In this document: in pieces, positions 9,119 through 17,878 of the stretch
How positions within the stretch are numbered: position 1 is the stretch's first letter
Layout: every line of letters starts with the position of its first letter
Source: Candidatus Bathyarchaeia archaeon
GTDB lineage: Archaea; Thermoproteota; Bathyarchaeia; 40CM-2-53-6
Assembly: GCA_050013255.1 (NCBI GenBank)
Contig: JBEKFP010000001.1
Location: forward strand, 1,343,938-1,407,937
Length of the DNA: 64,000 bases
Direction of reading: 5' to 3'
Position numbers and translations under genes: made by a program
Notes under the pieces: model-generated
The model's input: the letters and a program-made list of their open reading frames with translations, nothing else
Databases searched by the model: none
What the model was told of the DNA's origin: nothing

Positions 9119-11212
9119 CTATTTTGTTAGGCCACACTGTTTCCTGAGCTTCTTCACCAGTTCCAGGTATCGGGGGTCGGCCCTTGCCCTGGCGAAGAGG
9201 GGCGAGTACGTCACCGCTGAAACAACTAATGCACGGGCTTCGAGGGCCGTGTTCAAGTACTCGAAGAAGGAGTCGAGGTCTCCGAGAGCATGGTAGACGT
9301 ACGCGATGAAGTTGAAGCCTACTGGACCCGGTTTGGCGTCCTCAATCTTCTTGATCGCGAGGAGCGCCTTCTCGCTGTCGCCCTCCATGGCCGCGATGAA
9401 CCCGCCCATCCAGGTGACCCGAGGATTGGTGGGATCGAGCTTCTCCAATTTCGCAAGGAGCTCCTTAGCCTTCTCTAGGTCCCCTTTGGCTAGGTAGTAC
9501 TCCGTCATACCCCTGTACGCGAACGCCGGCGCCAGCTGCTCACCCTTCTTCCAGAACTCCAACGCCTCCTGCTCCCTCCCAGTCCAGAGATATGCCTCCC
9601 CGACACGGTAGATGAAGTCGGGTCTGATGGGGTCCAGTCGGTAGGCTGTCTCGATCTGTCCAACCATCTCCCCCGGATCTCCTTTGAGTGCCGCCAGCTC
9701 GAACAGGTTCCAGTAGGGGTCTGGAAGGTTAGGGTTGAGTTCCAGCGCCCTTCTGGCCTCCGCCTCTGAACCGACGACGTCGTCCTCGTTGAAGAGCATG
9801 GTCGAGAGCGACGAGTGGGCCTCCGGAAGGTTCGGGTCGAGGTTGAGGGCGCGCTCCAGTAGTCGCCTCACAGTCGCGACGGAGATGTCAACGGGCTCAC
9901 TTCCTTTGTCAGAAAGTAATTGGTGACATTCTGCCTCGCCCACGTACGCTCTCGCGAATCTGGGATCCAGCTCGATGGCCTTCTCGAAGAGAGCTATGGC
10001 CTGCCTAAGTGAAGCCTCGGTCTGCTCCCTCAACAGTTCCCTGCCCCGCAGGAAGCAGGTGTACGCCTCAGTGTTCTCGGTAGGCTTCTTCTCCAGGGTT
10101 CTCTTCTCAGAGTCGAGGAGCTGGGTCTTGAGTTCTCCGGCGACCTTCTCAGCTATCTCGCTTTGGACGGCGAAGATGTCGTCCAGATTCTTGTCGTAGT
10201 GGGAAGACCAGAGGTGTTCTTCTGTTCCGGCGTTGATCAGCTGGACTGTGACCCTGATTCGGTTGCCTGCTTTCCTCACGCTGCCTTCTATCAGAGCCCC
10301 GATATTCAGTTCCTTTCCTACTTCCGAGGCTCCCTTCTGAGAGCCCTTGTACTTCATCACCGACGTTCGAGCTATGACCCTCAGACTCTTCACTTGGGCA
10401 AGCCTGTCAATCAGCTCCTCAGTCATGCCGTCCGCGAAGTACCCATCTTCAGGGTTGGAACTCAGGTTTGCAAAAGGCAGAACTGCAATCCGCCTCTTGT
10501 CCAGGCCCAATCCGGTAGCCTCCTGTCTCTCGGCGGCTAACCCTTCAAGTGGAAACTCTTTCTCCGCGGTTTCGATTCCATGCATCCACTTGATTCGTAG
10601 GTACTTCCGCGTTCCGCCTTCAGATTCCTTCTCGAAGATCTCAACGTTGCCGTCGAAAAGGTCCACGACTGCCTGAACGTCCTCGGCTGAATGCATGTAC
10701 GGGTTGAGGACGGATAGGGTTGTGATACTCTTCGACCGCAGCCGTTCAAGAAGTTCCGTAAGCCATTTCCGTGTCTGCAACGCCTTATGGCGAAGCAGAA
10801 TGTCCGAGAGGATGTTGATAACCAAACGTTTCGGTTGAGTTGAAGCGATAACTTCATTGATTTGTAGGTTTACGTCCGTTAGGTTCTCGATTCCCTTCCC
10901 TGGGATGATGTTTCTTGCTGGTGAGACGGGTTTATCGCTGCAAACCAACGACCTGACATTCTTACCCATATTTTGCGTAATCGTTTCGGCTGAGGAAATC
11001 GTGCGGCATATCAGTAGGGCCTCTTCCTTTGAGGCTCTGAGGAAGTTTGCAACGAGAAGCGGAACCTCATCACTTGCAGCGGCATTCAAAACGATGGAAG
11101 AAGCTGCGAGAAAGCCGCCTTGAAGCGCTTCATCCAGCCTACCGTAACCAGTCGAAACCTTCGTGCTCACAGAACTGGCTGAGACGCCTTCAGAAGTCAT
11201 ATAACTCGCCAT
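9119..11212 (-). CDS. Degenerate KaiC/RAD55-like domain fused to TolB-like N-terminal domain and TPR repeats
   Basis: STGYGRLDEALQGG (RecA-like start, no Walker A); IAVLPFANLS...YFADGMTEELI...VIARTS...EGSVRKAGNRIRVTVQLI; multiple TPRs. Confidence 0.85.
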   Translation of the reverse strand: MASYMTSEGVSASSVSTKVSTGYGRLDEALQGGFLAASSIVLNAAASDEVPLLVANFLRASKEEALLICRTISSAETITQNMGKNVRSLVCSDKPVSPARNIIPGKGIENLTDVNLQINEVIASTQPKRLVINILSDILLRHKALQTRKWLTELLERLRSKSITTLSVLNPYMHSAEDVQAVVDLFDGNVEIFEKESEGGTRKYLRIKWMHGIETAEKEFPLEGLAAERQEATGLGLDKRRIAVLPFANLSSNPEDGYFADGMTEELIDRLAQVKSLRVIARTSVMKYKGSQKGASEVGKELNIGALIEGSVRKAGNRIRVTVQLINAGTEEHLWSSHYDKNLDDIFAVQSEIAEKVAGELKTQLLDSEKRTLEKKPTENTEAYTCFLRGRELLREQTEASLRQAIALFEKAIELDPRFARAYVGEAECHQLLSDKGSEPVDISVATVRRLLERALNLDPNLPEAHSSLSTMLFNEDDVVGSEAEARRALELNPNLPDPYWNLFELAALKGDPGEMVGQIETAYRLDPIRPDFIYRVGEAYLWTGREQEALEFWKKGEQLAPAFAYRGMTEYYLAKGDLEKAKELLAKLEKLDPTNPRVTWMGGFIAAMEGDSEKALLAIKKIEDAKPGPVGFNFIAYVYHALGDLDSFFEYLNTALEARALVVSAVTYSPLFARARADPRYLELVKKLRKQCGLTK

Positions 11213-11390
11213 CAGTCACGACCTGCCAGATATACTAACTCCCGATAAGAGTTCTGCTTCACATCCGCCTCCGCATTCTACACCTTGACGAAGCTTCCCC
11301 AGATAGTTACACAAGGATTGATGTTTGCTGGTGCTTTGGAAACGGCGGTCCTATCACAGACGGACTGTCGATTCTAACCATTGTTCTCTT

Positions 11391-11546
11391 GTGTGTGGTA
11401 TCACTGGTGCGTCCGTTCAAAATCGGAACGTCGTTCGTCTAGTTGTGTGTGTGTGTGCGCGCACCAGCTGACCACACACACACTTTTCCAAACGACGACG
11501 TACGACGGTTCAAATTACGACGCCCGCACCACCAGTACCACACACA
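11391..11546. repeat. Mosaic intergenic repeat, copy 4 (three cores)
   Basis: Cores at 11405-11410 (-), 11461-11466 (+) and 11526-11531 (+). Confidence 0.9.
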
Positions 11547-11549
11547 TTT

Positions 11550-12287
11550 CTACTGAACTATCGTTACTTCGCCGGTCTCTGAAACGTTCAGTCGTTGCCA
11601 TCGTGAGTCGAATTTCTTACCGCGCATTCTTCTGATCCGCACAAGTTGCGTGATCTCTCCCTCTTTATCTTCACATTTGAAGTCGATAATTCCATCGTTA
11701 ATCGTCTCAAACTGAGAGCGAAACGTTTCCGACACTGTTCCCTTCAGGATTGAATAAATGGTTACGTTCTGAAGGGGTCTTGAGAAAGGAATATGTCTCG
11801 TTCGCCAAAAATCCAGCACATTAATCTCGGCATTGTATCTTGTCATAATGGCAGTGTTATCATCGACATGTACCCACCACTTTTCGCCCTCAGGAATTCC
11901 CTTCTCTCTTCCCTTCTTGACGAATTGGGCGTGGTTGATGCTTAGGTCAGGAATCTTCAGTGATTTGGCGACCGGATCCTCCTGCTCAACGGGATTTAGT
12001 CCCCCCATCTGCACAGTAAGACTGTCCACGATCCGGAACAAACCGTCATCTTGAAGCTTGGCAAGGTCTAATCCGAATTTTCTCAGATCGTGTTCTATAT
12101 CGGCCGGAGGGTGCTGGAATGTATGGTACAATGCCTTGTGGTCGTTCCTTAGTGCCTGGGCTGTAATCGTTAGCGAAGCTTCGTACCATGCGGAGTCTGG
12201 CTCGAATTCTACCAGTAAATTGCTGCCAAATTCAACGCCATCTGGAAGAAGTCGTTCAAAGATGGGAATGAACAGATTTGTTAGCAA
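11550..12287 (-). CDS. KaiC/RAD55-like ATPase-domain protein, Walker A degenerate
   Basis: IP....LPDGVEFGSNLLVEFEPDS, DGIIDFK, VRIRRMRG..FDSRW; paralog of the next gene. The ORF-track extension to 12446 runs through a repeat, so TTG 12287 is preferred. Confidence 0.8.
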   Translation of the reverse strand: MLTNLFIPIFERLLPDGVEFGSNLLVEFEPDSAWYEASLTITAQALRNDHKALYHTFQHPPADIEHDLRKFGLDLAKLQDDGLFRIVDSLTVQMGGLNPVEQEDPVAKSLKIPDLSINHAQFVKKGREKGIPEGEKWWVHVDDNTAIMTRYNAEINVLDFWRTRHIPFSRPLQNVTIYSILKGTVSETFRSQFETINDGIIDFKCEDKEGEITQLVRIRRMRGKKFDSRWQRLNVSETGEVTIVQ

Positions 12288-12354
12288 ATCCCTTGTCCAA
12301 TATCTGATAACTCCGAATAGCTTGAATTTCTGTCTTCCGATTACGCGCCCCAGT

Positions 12355-12452
12355 TGTGTGTGCCTACAATGGTGCGAGCATCGAAATTTGAACCGTCGTC
12401 CGTCGTCTTTAGAAAGTGTGTGTGGTATGCTGGTGCGCACACACACAGAAAA
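12355..12452 (-). repeat. Mosaic intergenic repeat, copy 5 (two cores)
   Basis: Reverse complement aligns over ~100 bp with 11444-11546. Confidence 0.9.
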
Positions 12453-12463
12453 TCCTGAGGCCT

Positions 12464-13165
12464 CTACTTGTCGAGGGTGACTTCGAAATTGTCACCGATC
12501 TTGACTTGATGCCAGTGTGAATCGAAGTGCGCGTCCCTCATGCTCCTTATTCGAATCATGGTTCTTGTCTCTTCGGCTACTTCTTCGAGTTTGAAATCTA
12601 TGATCCCGTCAGCAGCTGCTTCCAACTGCTTGTAGACAGAGTCGCTGTGAAAGCCCCTAATCAACCCCGCTAAGTTCGTCGATTTACGCAACTTCTGGGC
12701 TGGAAAGTTTCTTGTGAGCAGATACTCAACCCATGACCGCTCATCGTTGAACCTAGCGAATGTTGAGATGTTGTCGGCGATTCTCAACCAGTTAGGATCA
12801 GGTGGCTCGCGCATGACCTGTCTCGAAAAGACTATGTTTAGATCGGCAGCCTTCAACGATTCCTGCGAATACTTCTCACTTGATTTGAGACCCAGCGTAG
12901 CCGTGTACCAATCCTGAATACGAAGTTTGTCTTCCTTTTCGAGGCTTTCGACACTAACCCCGAGTCTGCTAAGTTTGGAACGAATGTCATCCGGTGTTTG
13001 GGTGAATAAGTTGTAACTGACTTTCCCTCCCTGCTTGAGCCATCCTGCCGCGATCGTCAGAGACGCATTGATCCATTGCGACGCAGGATCAAACTCCACT
13101 AACAGCATGGAACCGCCCGGGACGGGGTCGGTAGTCAAATCCTCTATCATAGGAATCTTGGGCAA
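12464..13165 (-). CDS. KaiC/RAD55-like ATPase-domain protein, Walker A degenerate
   Basis: GSMLLVEFDPASQW, ADGIIDFKLEE and IRIRSMR...FDSHW motifs. Confidence 0.8.
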   Translation of the reverse strand: MPKIPMIEDLTTDPVPGGSMLLVEFDPASQWINASLTIAAGWLKQGGKVSYNLFTQTPDDIRSKLSRLGVSVESLEKEDKLRIQDWYTATLGLKSSEKYSQESLKAADLNIVFSRQVMREPPDPNWLRIADNISTFARFNDERSWVEYLLTRNFPAQKLRKSTNLAGLIRGFHSDSVYKQLEAAADGIIDFKLEEVAEETRTMIRIRSMRDAHFDSHWHQVKIGDNFEVTLDK

Positions 13166-13210
13166 GTTCGGAGCACACAGTGGTCATGTGTCGAGTTTAC
13201 AGATTTGGCG

Positions 13211-13250
13211 TTTTCTGTGTGTGTGCGCACCAGCTGACCCACACACACAG
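13211..13250 (+). repeat. Mosaic intergenic repeat, copy 6 (symmetric form)
   Basis: CTGTGTGTGTG-CGCACCAGCTGACC-CACACACACAG: perfect 11-bp inverted arms around a 14-nt spacer. Confidence 0.9.
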
Positions 13251-13302
13251 ATCCCTCCGTTTGGAGCCAAGAGTTATCATCTAGAGTTAGAGGCTCACAC
13301 GA

Positions 13303-14064
13303 CTAAAGTGCTGAAAAAGTGAGGTAGGCTCCGACTGTAATCAGAACAAGGCCGATAGTTCGCTTCACGTTTGTCTGACTCAGCCTTTGAGACCCAAAAT
13401 AGCTTCCCAGCTGAGCTGACACAAGTAAAACTGGGATAGTCGGAAGGAATACCGGCGACGAGAAGATCAAGCCACCCAGCCGCGGTATTCTAGCCACTAT
13501 GCCTGACACGGAATTGAGAAGAATAAACACTGTCGTAGTTGCCGCCGTCGTCTTAGGCTTAGCCATCCCCGCCAAGATCAGGACAGGGGCCAAATACACA
13601 CCGCCACCAATCCCAGTCAGCCCAGCAACAGCTCCGATGACCATGCCGATCATTATCTTGAACGGCCATTTCAGATCAAAGTGACCTAACGGGAATGTAA
13701 TGAGAATCAAACTAGCTCCACCACAAGTAATCGCCAACCCCATGACGATTTTCAGCAAGACGTCAGGCAGAACAAATAAGCCTGCAAGGAACGCTGCTGG
13801 AACAGAGCCGACAATAAACCACGCGAGGTCGCGTGAGAAATGCACGCGCCATCGAAATATCGAACTGGAGGCAGACACGACATTAAACAACAAACCGCCA
13901 AAAGAGGACTGTGCGGCTGACAATCCGATTAGGAGCAAGATCGCGGTAAACGTCGAGCCACCCGCAAACCCAGCTAACGTGTAGAACAAACTAGCCAACC
14001 CTAACAGAACTACGATAATGACCGCGCCGAAGGCTTCCAATTGAAATCCAGACAGCCAGTTCAC
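13303..14064 (-). CDS. Sulfite exporter TauE/SafE family protein
   Basis: GFAGGS and AGLTGIGGGVYLAP motifs; ~8 TM helices. Confidence 0.85.
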   Translation of the reverse strand: MNWLSGFQLEAFGAVIIVVLLGLASLFYTLAGFAGGSTFTAILLLIGLSAAQSSFGGLLFNVVSASSSIFRWRVHFSRDLAWFIVGSVPAAFLAGLFVLPDVLLKIVMGLAITCGGASLILITFPLGHFDLKWPFKIMIGMVIGAVAGLTGIGGGVYLAPVLILAGMAKPKTTAATTTVFILLNSVSGIVARIPRLGGLIFSSPVFLPTIPVLLVSAQLGSYFGSQRLSQTNVKRTIGLVLITVGAYLTFSAL

Positions 14065-14133
14065 GGCGTCGGCATAAGCCTTGGTAAGCAGAAACGATTA
14101 CATTCGAGCAGAGTTTTGTGCTTATGAAAGTGT

Positions 14134-14553
14134 TTGACTAAGTTCAAGCCGCCAAGCACAATATTGACCCAGAGACAATGGCAAGTCATACGGCTTAGAG
14201 CAACAGGCCTTACGCAAATGCAAGTTGCAAAACGCCTTCACACAAGTCGAGAGAACATCAGCATCATCGAACATCGTGCCTACGAAAACGTGAGGGCGGC
14301 GAAGGCTACCCTTGAGGCACTAGAACAGGTCTCAGACTCCAGAGAATTGATCATACCAAGTGGAACGAGCATCTTCGACGCCACATCCACGGTTCTACGT
14401 AAGGGAGACATGTTGCGAACAAAGCTGAAAATGAACGCTGATTCAATTCTAGCCATGTTACGATCCCGATGTAAACACAAGATACGTGGGCATCATTTGA
14501 CATCAGCAATCCGAATTGAGATCACCGAAGACGGCACTGTCAGAATGAGGTAA
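14134..14553 (+). CDS. Tfx family DNA-binding protein
   Basis: LTQRQWQVIRLR..GLTQ..VA..L.TSRENISIIE.RA.EN...A..TL, then IP.GT. Confidence 0.85.
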   Translation: MTKFKPPSTILTQRQWQVIRLRATGLTQMQVAKRLHTSRENISIIEHRAYENVRAAKATLEALEQVSDSRELIIPSGTSIFDATSTVLRKGDMLRTKLKMNADSILAMLRSRCKHKIRGHHLTSAIRIEITEDGTVRMR

Positions 14554-14590
14554 AATTATTTCGACTCATAACTGGATGTTTCAACGCCGG

Positions 14591-14626
14591 TTTTGTGTGT
14601 GTGCGCACCATTAGACCCACCACCAC
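14591..14626 (+). repeat. Mosaic intergenic repeat, copy 7
   Basis: TTTTGTGTGTGTGCGCACCATTAGACCCAC; CGCACCATTAGACCCAC is identical to the reverse complement of copy 1. Confidence 0.85.
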
Positions 14627-15365
14627 GAAGAACTAGATCTCTAAGTCACGGATGGTGAAGGGGACGGCCGCCGCACCCTCGTCGGCAAAGGCTACCCCAC
14701 ATTTTTCGCACTTGAATGACTGTGGAAGGGGCGCAGGCGGTCCAGACGGTTGGGCGATTTCTGCTGCAGGCTCCAGGCTCGTTTCCGTTGTCGGTTCGGC
14801 GTTGGGGGTACCCGTATTCTCATCTCCACGATCTTTCCATCCAAATCCGTGAAATTCTAGTCATTCGTCATTCGTTCGGCTTGAGGGCTGGTTGTACGGT
14901 CTTTCGGGGTTCGCCATATCGAGAATCACCCTAATTCCTTATATGTTGAAATGTACTACACAACTACAGGTGCCATGAATTGAACTACGACTATGATGGT
15001 TTGAATGAATTGTTCGACAAAGGCGCATATCACAAGGCCGGACCGTTTGGACTGAAGGGCATCATGGCCGCTTTCAGACGACACAATCTCGAGGCGCACA
15101 TACCGCTCATAATCGGATTTCTCTATGCGCTCTCTGGCGATTACATATCCCTACTCCGCCACCTAAGAATGGTCATCTAGACCCTTAGGCCACTAGACTG
15201 GCATCTAGGTTCGTCTAACGGGACACCATTCCAGCCCCGTGGGCTCGTACCCTCGGCTTTCGGTTGCATCAATCACGTGTGGTGACTAGAAGTTTTAGAC
15301 CAACTCTCTGTCTAACCCGGCACGTTTCTTAGTTGTGGTTTTCCCGGCGTCGTAAGAATTACAGT

Positions 15366-16490
15366 TCATCGTTTGTCGATGGGCACGACTTTCCGGTCCC
15401 GCGGCCCAGTGTACTCAGTTTCCGGCCGAATAAGCCGGTTGTTGGCCACTTGTTCGAGGACGTTGGCGGACCATCCGACGCTTCGGCTAGCAGCGAAAGT
15501 TGCCGTGAAAAGGTCCGGTGGTAAGCCAACGGAATCCATCACAACTGCGGAATAGAATTCCACGTTCGTATACAGCTTCTTGCGAGACTTTTCCGTCTGC
15601 AGGATGCGAATGGCTGTTTCCTCAACGCGGCGGGCCAACTCGAAGAATTTCTTGTCCGCTGTTTTGCTTGCTACGTCGCGGAGTATCTCAGCACGTGGAT
15701 CCGTGGTCCTGTATACTCTGTGCCCGAAACCCATCAGCCTTCTCCCGGCCTTCAATTCGTCTCTGATCCAAGGTTCGGCTCGGTCGGGGCTTCCAATGTC
15801 CTTCAGCATTTGCAGAGCCGGTGCTGGAGCGCCACCATGAAGTGGTCCCTTTAGGGCTCCGATGGCGGCCGTTATGGCCGAGTACATATCAGACCATGTG
15901 GACGCCACAATCCTCGCAGTGAAGGTTGAGGAATTCATACCATGGTCCGCGAGAAGAATCAGGTATTTGTTGAGTGCGTCTACCTTGGCCGCTTCAGGTT
16001 CTTTTCCGGTGAGCATGTAAATGTAATTCGCAGCGTGCCCAAGCCCAGGTAGTGGATCCACGGGTTCCTGGCCGCGGCGAAGACGGTCAAACGCAGCGTT
16101 GATAGTCGGCATCTTCGCAGTTATTGCAATTGCGTCCGAGATTTCCGGTTTCTTTAGCGGAATGCCCGTCCCGAGCGTTGAGATGGCGGTTCGAAGCACA
16201 TCCAGGGTGTTCGAGGTGCGGGGTAGGTTACGAATCGTTGCCTTCAGGTCCGCAGGAATCGATCGTTCCATGCTTAGCCGCTTAGTCAGGTCGCCGAGCT
16301 GCGTCCTAGTCGGTAGGTCGTCATTCCAAAGCAGGTAGGCGACTTCTTCGAAGGCGAGGTTCGCGGCTAGGTCGTGAATATCATAACCCCGGTAAATCAG
16401 GCGCCCCGCGTTTCCATCAATCATGCAGATACTGCTATCGTCAATGATTACCCCTTCAAGTCCCTTCGCGATCGCCTTGGCAGCCGTCAA
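15366..16490 (-). CDS. Citrate synthase / 2-methylcitrate synthase
   Basis: KGLEGV, LADHGMNSSTF, LKGPLHGGA, LMGFGHRVY..DPRA and NVEFYS motifs. Confidence 0.95.
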   Translation of the reverse strand: MTAAKAIAKGLEGVIIDDSSICMIDGNAGRLIYRGYDIHDLAANLAFEEVAYLLWNDDLPTRTQLGDLTKRLSMERSIPADLKATIRNLPRTSNTLDVLRTAISTLGTGIPLKKPEISDAIAITAKMPTINAAFDRLRRGQEPVDPLPGLGHAANYIYMLTGKEPEAAKVDALNKYLILLADHGMNSSTFTARIVASTWSDMYSAITAAIGALKGPLHGGAPAPALQMLKDIGSPDRAEPWIRDELKAGRRLMGFGHRVYRTTDPRAEILRDVASKTADKKFFELARRVEETAIRILQTEKSRKKLYTNVEFYSAVVMDSVGLPPDLFTATFAASRSVGWSANVLEQVANNRLIRPETEYTGPRDRKVVPIDKR

Positions 16491-16555
16491 GTGTTAAGTC
16501 TCGCCCACAGCCACGTTCATCTTACTTATTATTCAATCTCGTAACCGTTCGTACC

Positions 16556-17746
16556 CTAGTGGCGTGGGCGTTTCAGCTTGAACAGAACGGCGAGGGCGAC
16601 TGAAATCCCTGCATATACCGGGCTGAGTAGCCAGGGTAGGTATGCGTTCCCGGTAAGCTGCCAGATCGTCCCTCCCAGTAGGGGCGACAGGTTCCCTCCG
16701 ATGTTTAGGAAAAGGTTGAAGGCGCCAACGTACATTCCACGTTCGGCTTCAGGTGCGATTTCGGTTACAAGCGTTTGCGCGATCGGGAAGAACATGTTCT
16801 CCCCCAGCGTCATCACGACCACTGCCAGAAGAAGCCAGTAAAAGGTCGGTGCCAGAGCCAAACCTGTAATACCGGCTGCTAAAATTACCACACCTAGAAT
16901 GTAGCCGGTCTGTTTGGGAATTCTCTCCAGCCAACTCGAAGTGGGAAACTGAAGCGCGACGACTGTCGCCCCCGATATGGAAAATAGTGCTCCAACCTGC
17001 AGAGAGTCCAGGCCCTTCACCTGTGTTGCAAAAATCGGCAGCAGCGAGTAGAACTGTGTGTAGAATAGCATCGTGAACAGCGAGGCAACGCATAGAACCA
17101 GAAGGTCTCGATCACGAAATATCCCGACATTTGGGAGCTTGGGCCTCTCCAAACCTGCTTTGCGTGATTCGGGTACCAGGCCGACGAACGCTAGAAGGCC
17201 AATTAGGCCGATGATAGCAGAGGCTGCGAAGAGCGGCAGAAAGTTTCCCTGCCCCGCCAATATTGCTCCCCCAATGAGGGGGGCAATGATCCATGCGGCA
17301 TTGCCGACTATTCGGCTCACCCCGTATGCCGTATTCCTCTTGCTGTCCTCCACTTGGTCCGCGATGATGGTTGTTTGCGAGGCCCGACTGGCTGAATCCA
17401 TAACGCCTGAGATCGTGAGGATGGGGAAGGCTTGGGTTAGAGTAGTAGTTGTGGCCAACGCAGCGGGAATTAAGACTGCGCTTGAGTTGCCGAAGGCGTA
17501 TATTTTCTTCCGTCCCACCCTGTCGACAAGCCAACCTATCAATAACACTGTCAAGGTTCCTGCTAGGCCGTTTGCGAAGTACAGGAATGAGACGGCTCCC
17601 ACAGAGATGCCGAGCTGCTTGTAAAGGAACACGGGCAGAAACGGGCCGAGCATCGTGGTAGCTACGCCGGTGACGGCGACATTCAGCATGAGGAACCAGA
17701 AATACCTCCCCCTCGGAACGTTGGAAATGTATTTTCTGATACTCAT
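16556..17746 (-). CDS. MFS transporter
   Basis: GWLVDRVGRK motif A; 12 TM helices. Confidence 0.9.
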   Translation of the reverse strand: MSIRKYISNVPRGRYFWFLMLNVAVTGVATTMLGPFLPVFLYKQLGISVGAVSFLYFANGLAGTLTVLLIGWLVDRVGRKKIYAFGNSSAVLIPAALATTTTLTQAFPILTISGVMDSASRASQTTIIADQVEDSKRNTAYGVSRIVGNAAWIIAPLIGGAILAGQGNFLPLFAASAIIGLIGLLAFVGLVPESRKAGLERPKLPNVGIFRDRDLLVLCVASLFTMLFYTQFYSLLPIFATQVKGLDSLQVGALFSISGATVVALQFPTSSWLERIPKQTGYILGVVILAAGITGLALAPTFYWLLLAVVVMTLGENMFFPIAQTLVTEIAPEAERGMYVGAFNLFLNIGGNLSPLLGGTIWQLTGNAYLPWLLSPVYAGISVALAVLFKLKRPRH

Positions 17747-17878
17747 CGTCGAACCCGTTTCGTAGCCTCAGGCCGCGTGATAAATAGCTTGCAGCGTCAA
17801 ACGATAATCGCGGTGCCCTCCAGAACTGTGCAAGATTTCTTAAGGGAATCCGCCTAACGTTATCCTGAGGTTAGGGAC

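Noticed and set aside
11381-11635. ORFs containing CVCVCAH or THT runs (11381-11635, 13035-13322, N-terminal extension of 11550-12446)
   Set aside because: They are translations of the TG/CA repeat, not proteins.
2605-14626. Repeats as a CRISPR array or classical integron attC sites
   Set aside because: Copies are separated by whole genes, occur in mixed orientation, have no cas genes nearby and lack RYYYAAC/GTTRRRY ends.
14633-14845. Minus-strand frame with FKCEKCGVAF zinc-finger-like motif
   Set aside because: No in-frame start before the upstream stop and no His ligands; at most a gene remnant.
15180-15230. tRNA-like fragments (GTCTAGTGGCCTAAGG on minus; GGTTCG...ACCA on plus)
   Set aside because: No matching acceptor stem, anticodon arm or T-arm on either strand, even allowing BHB introns.
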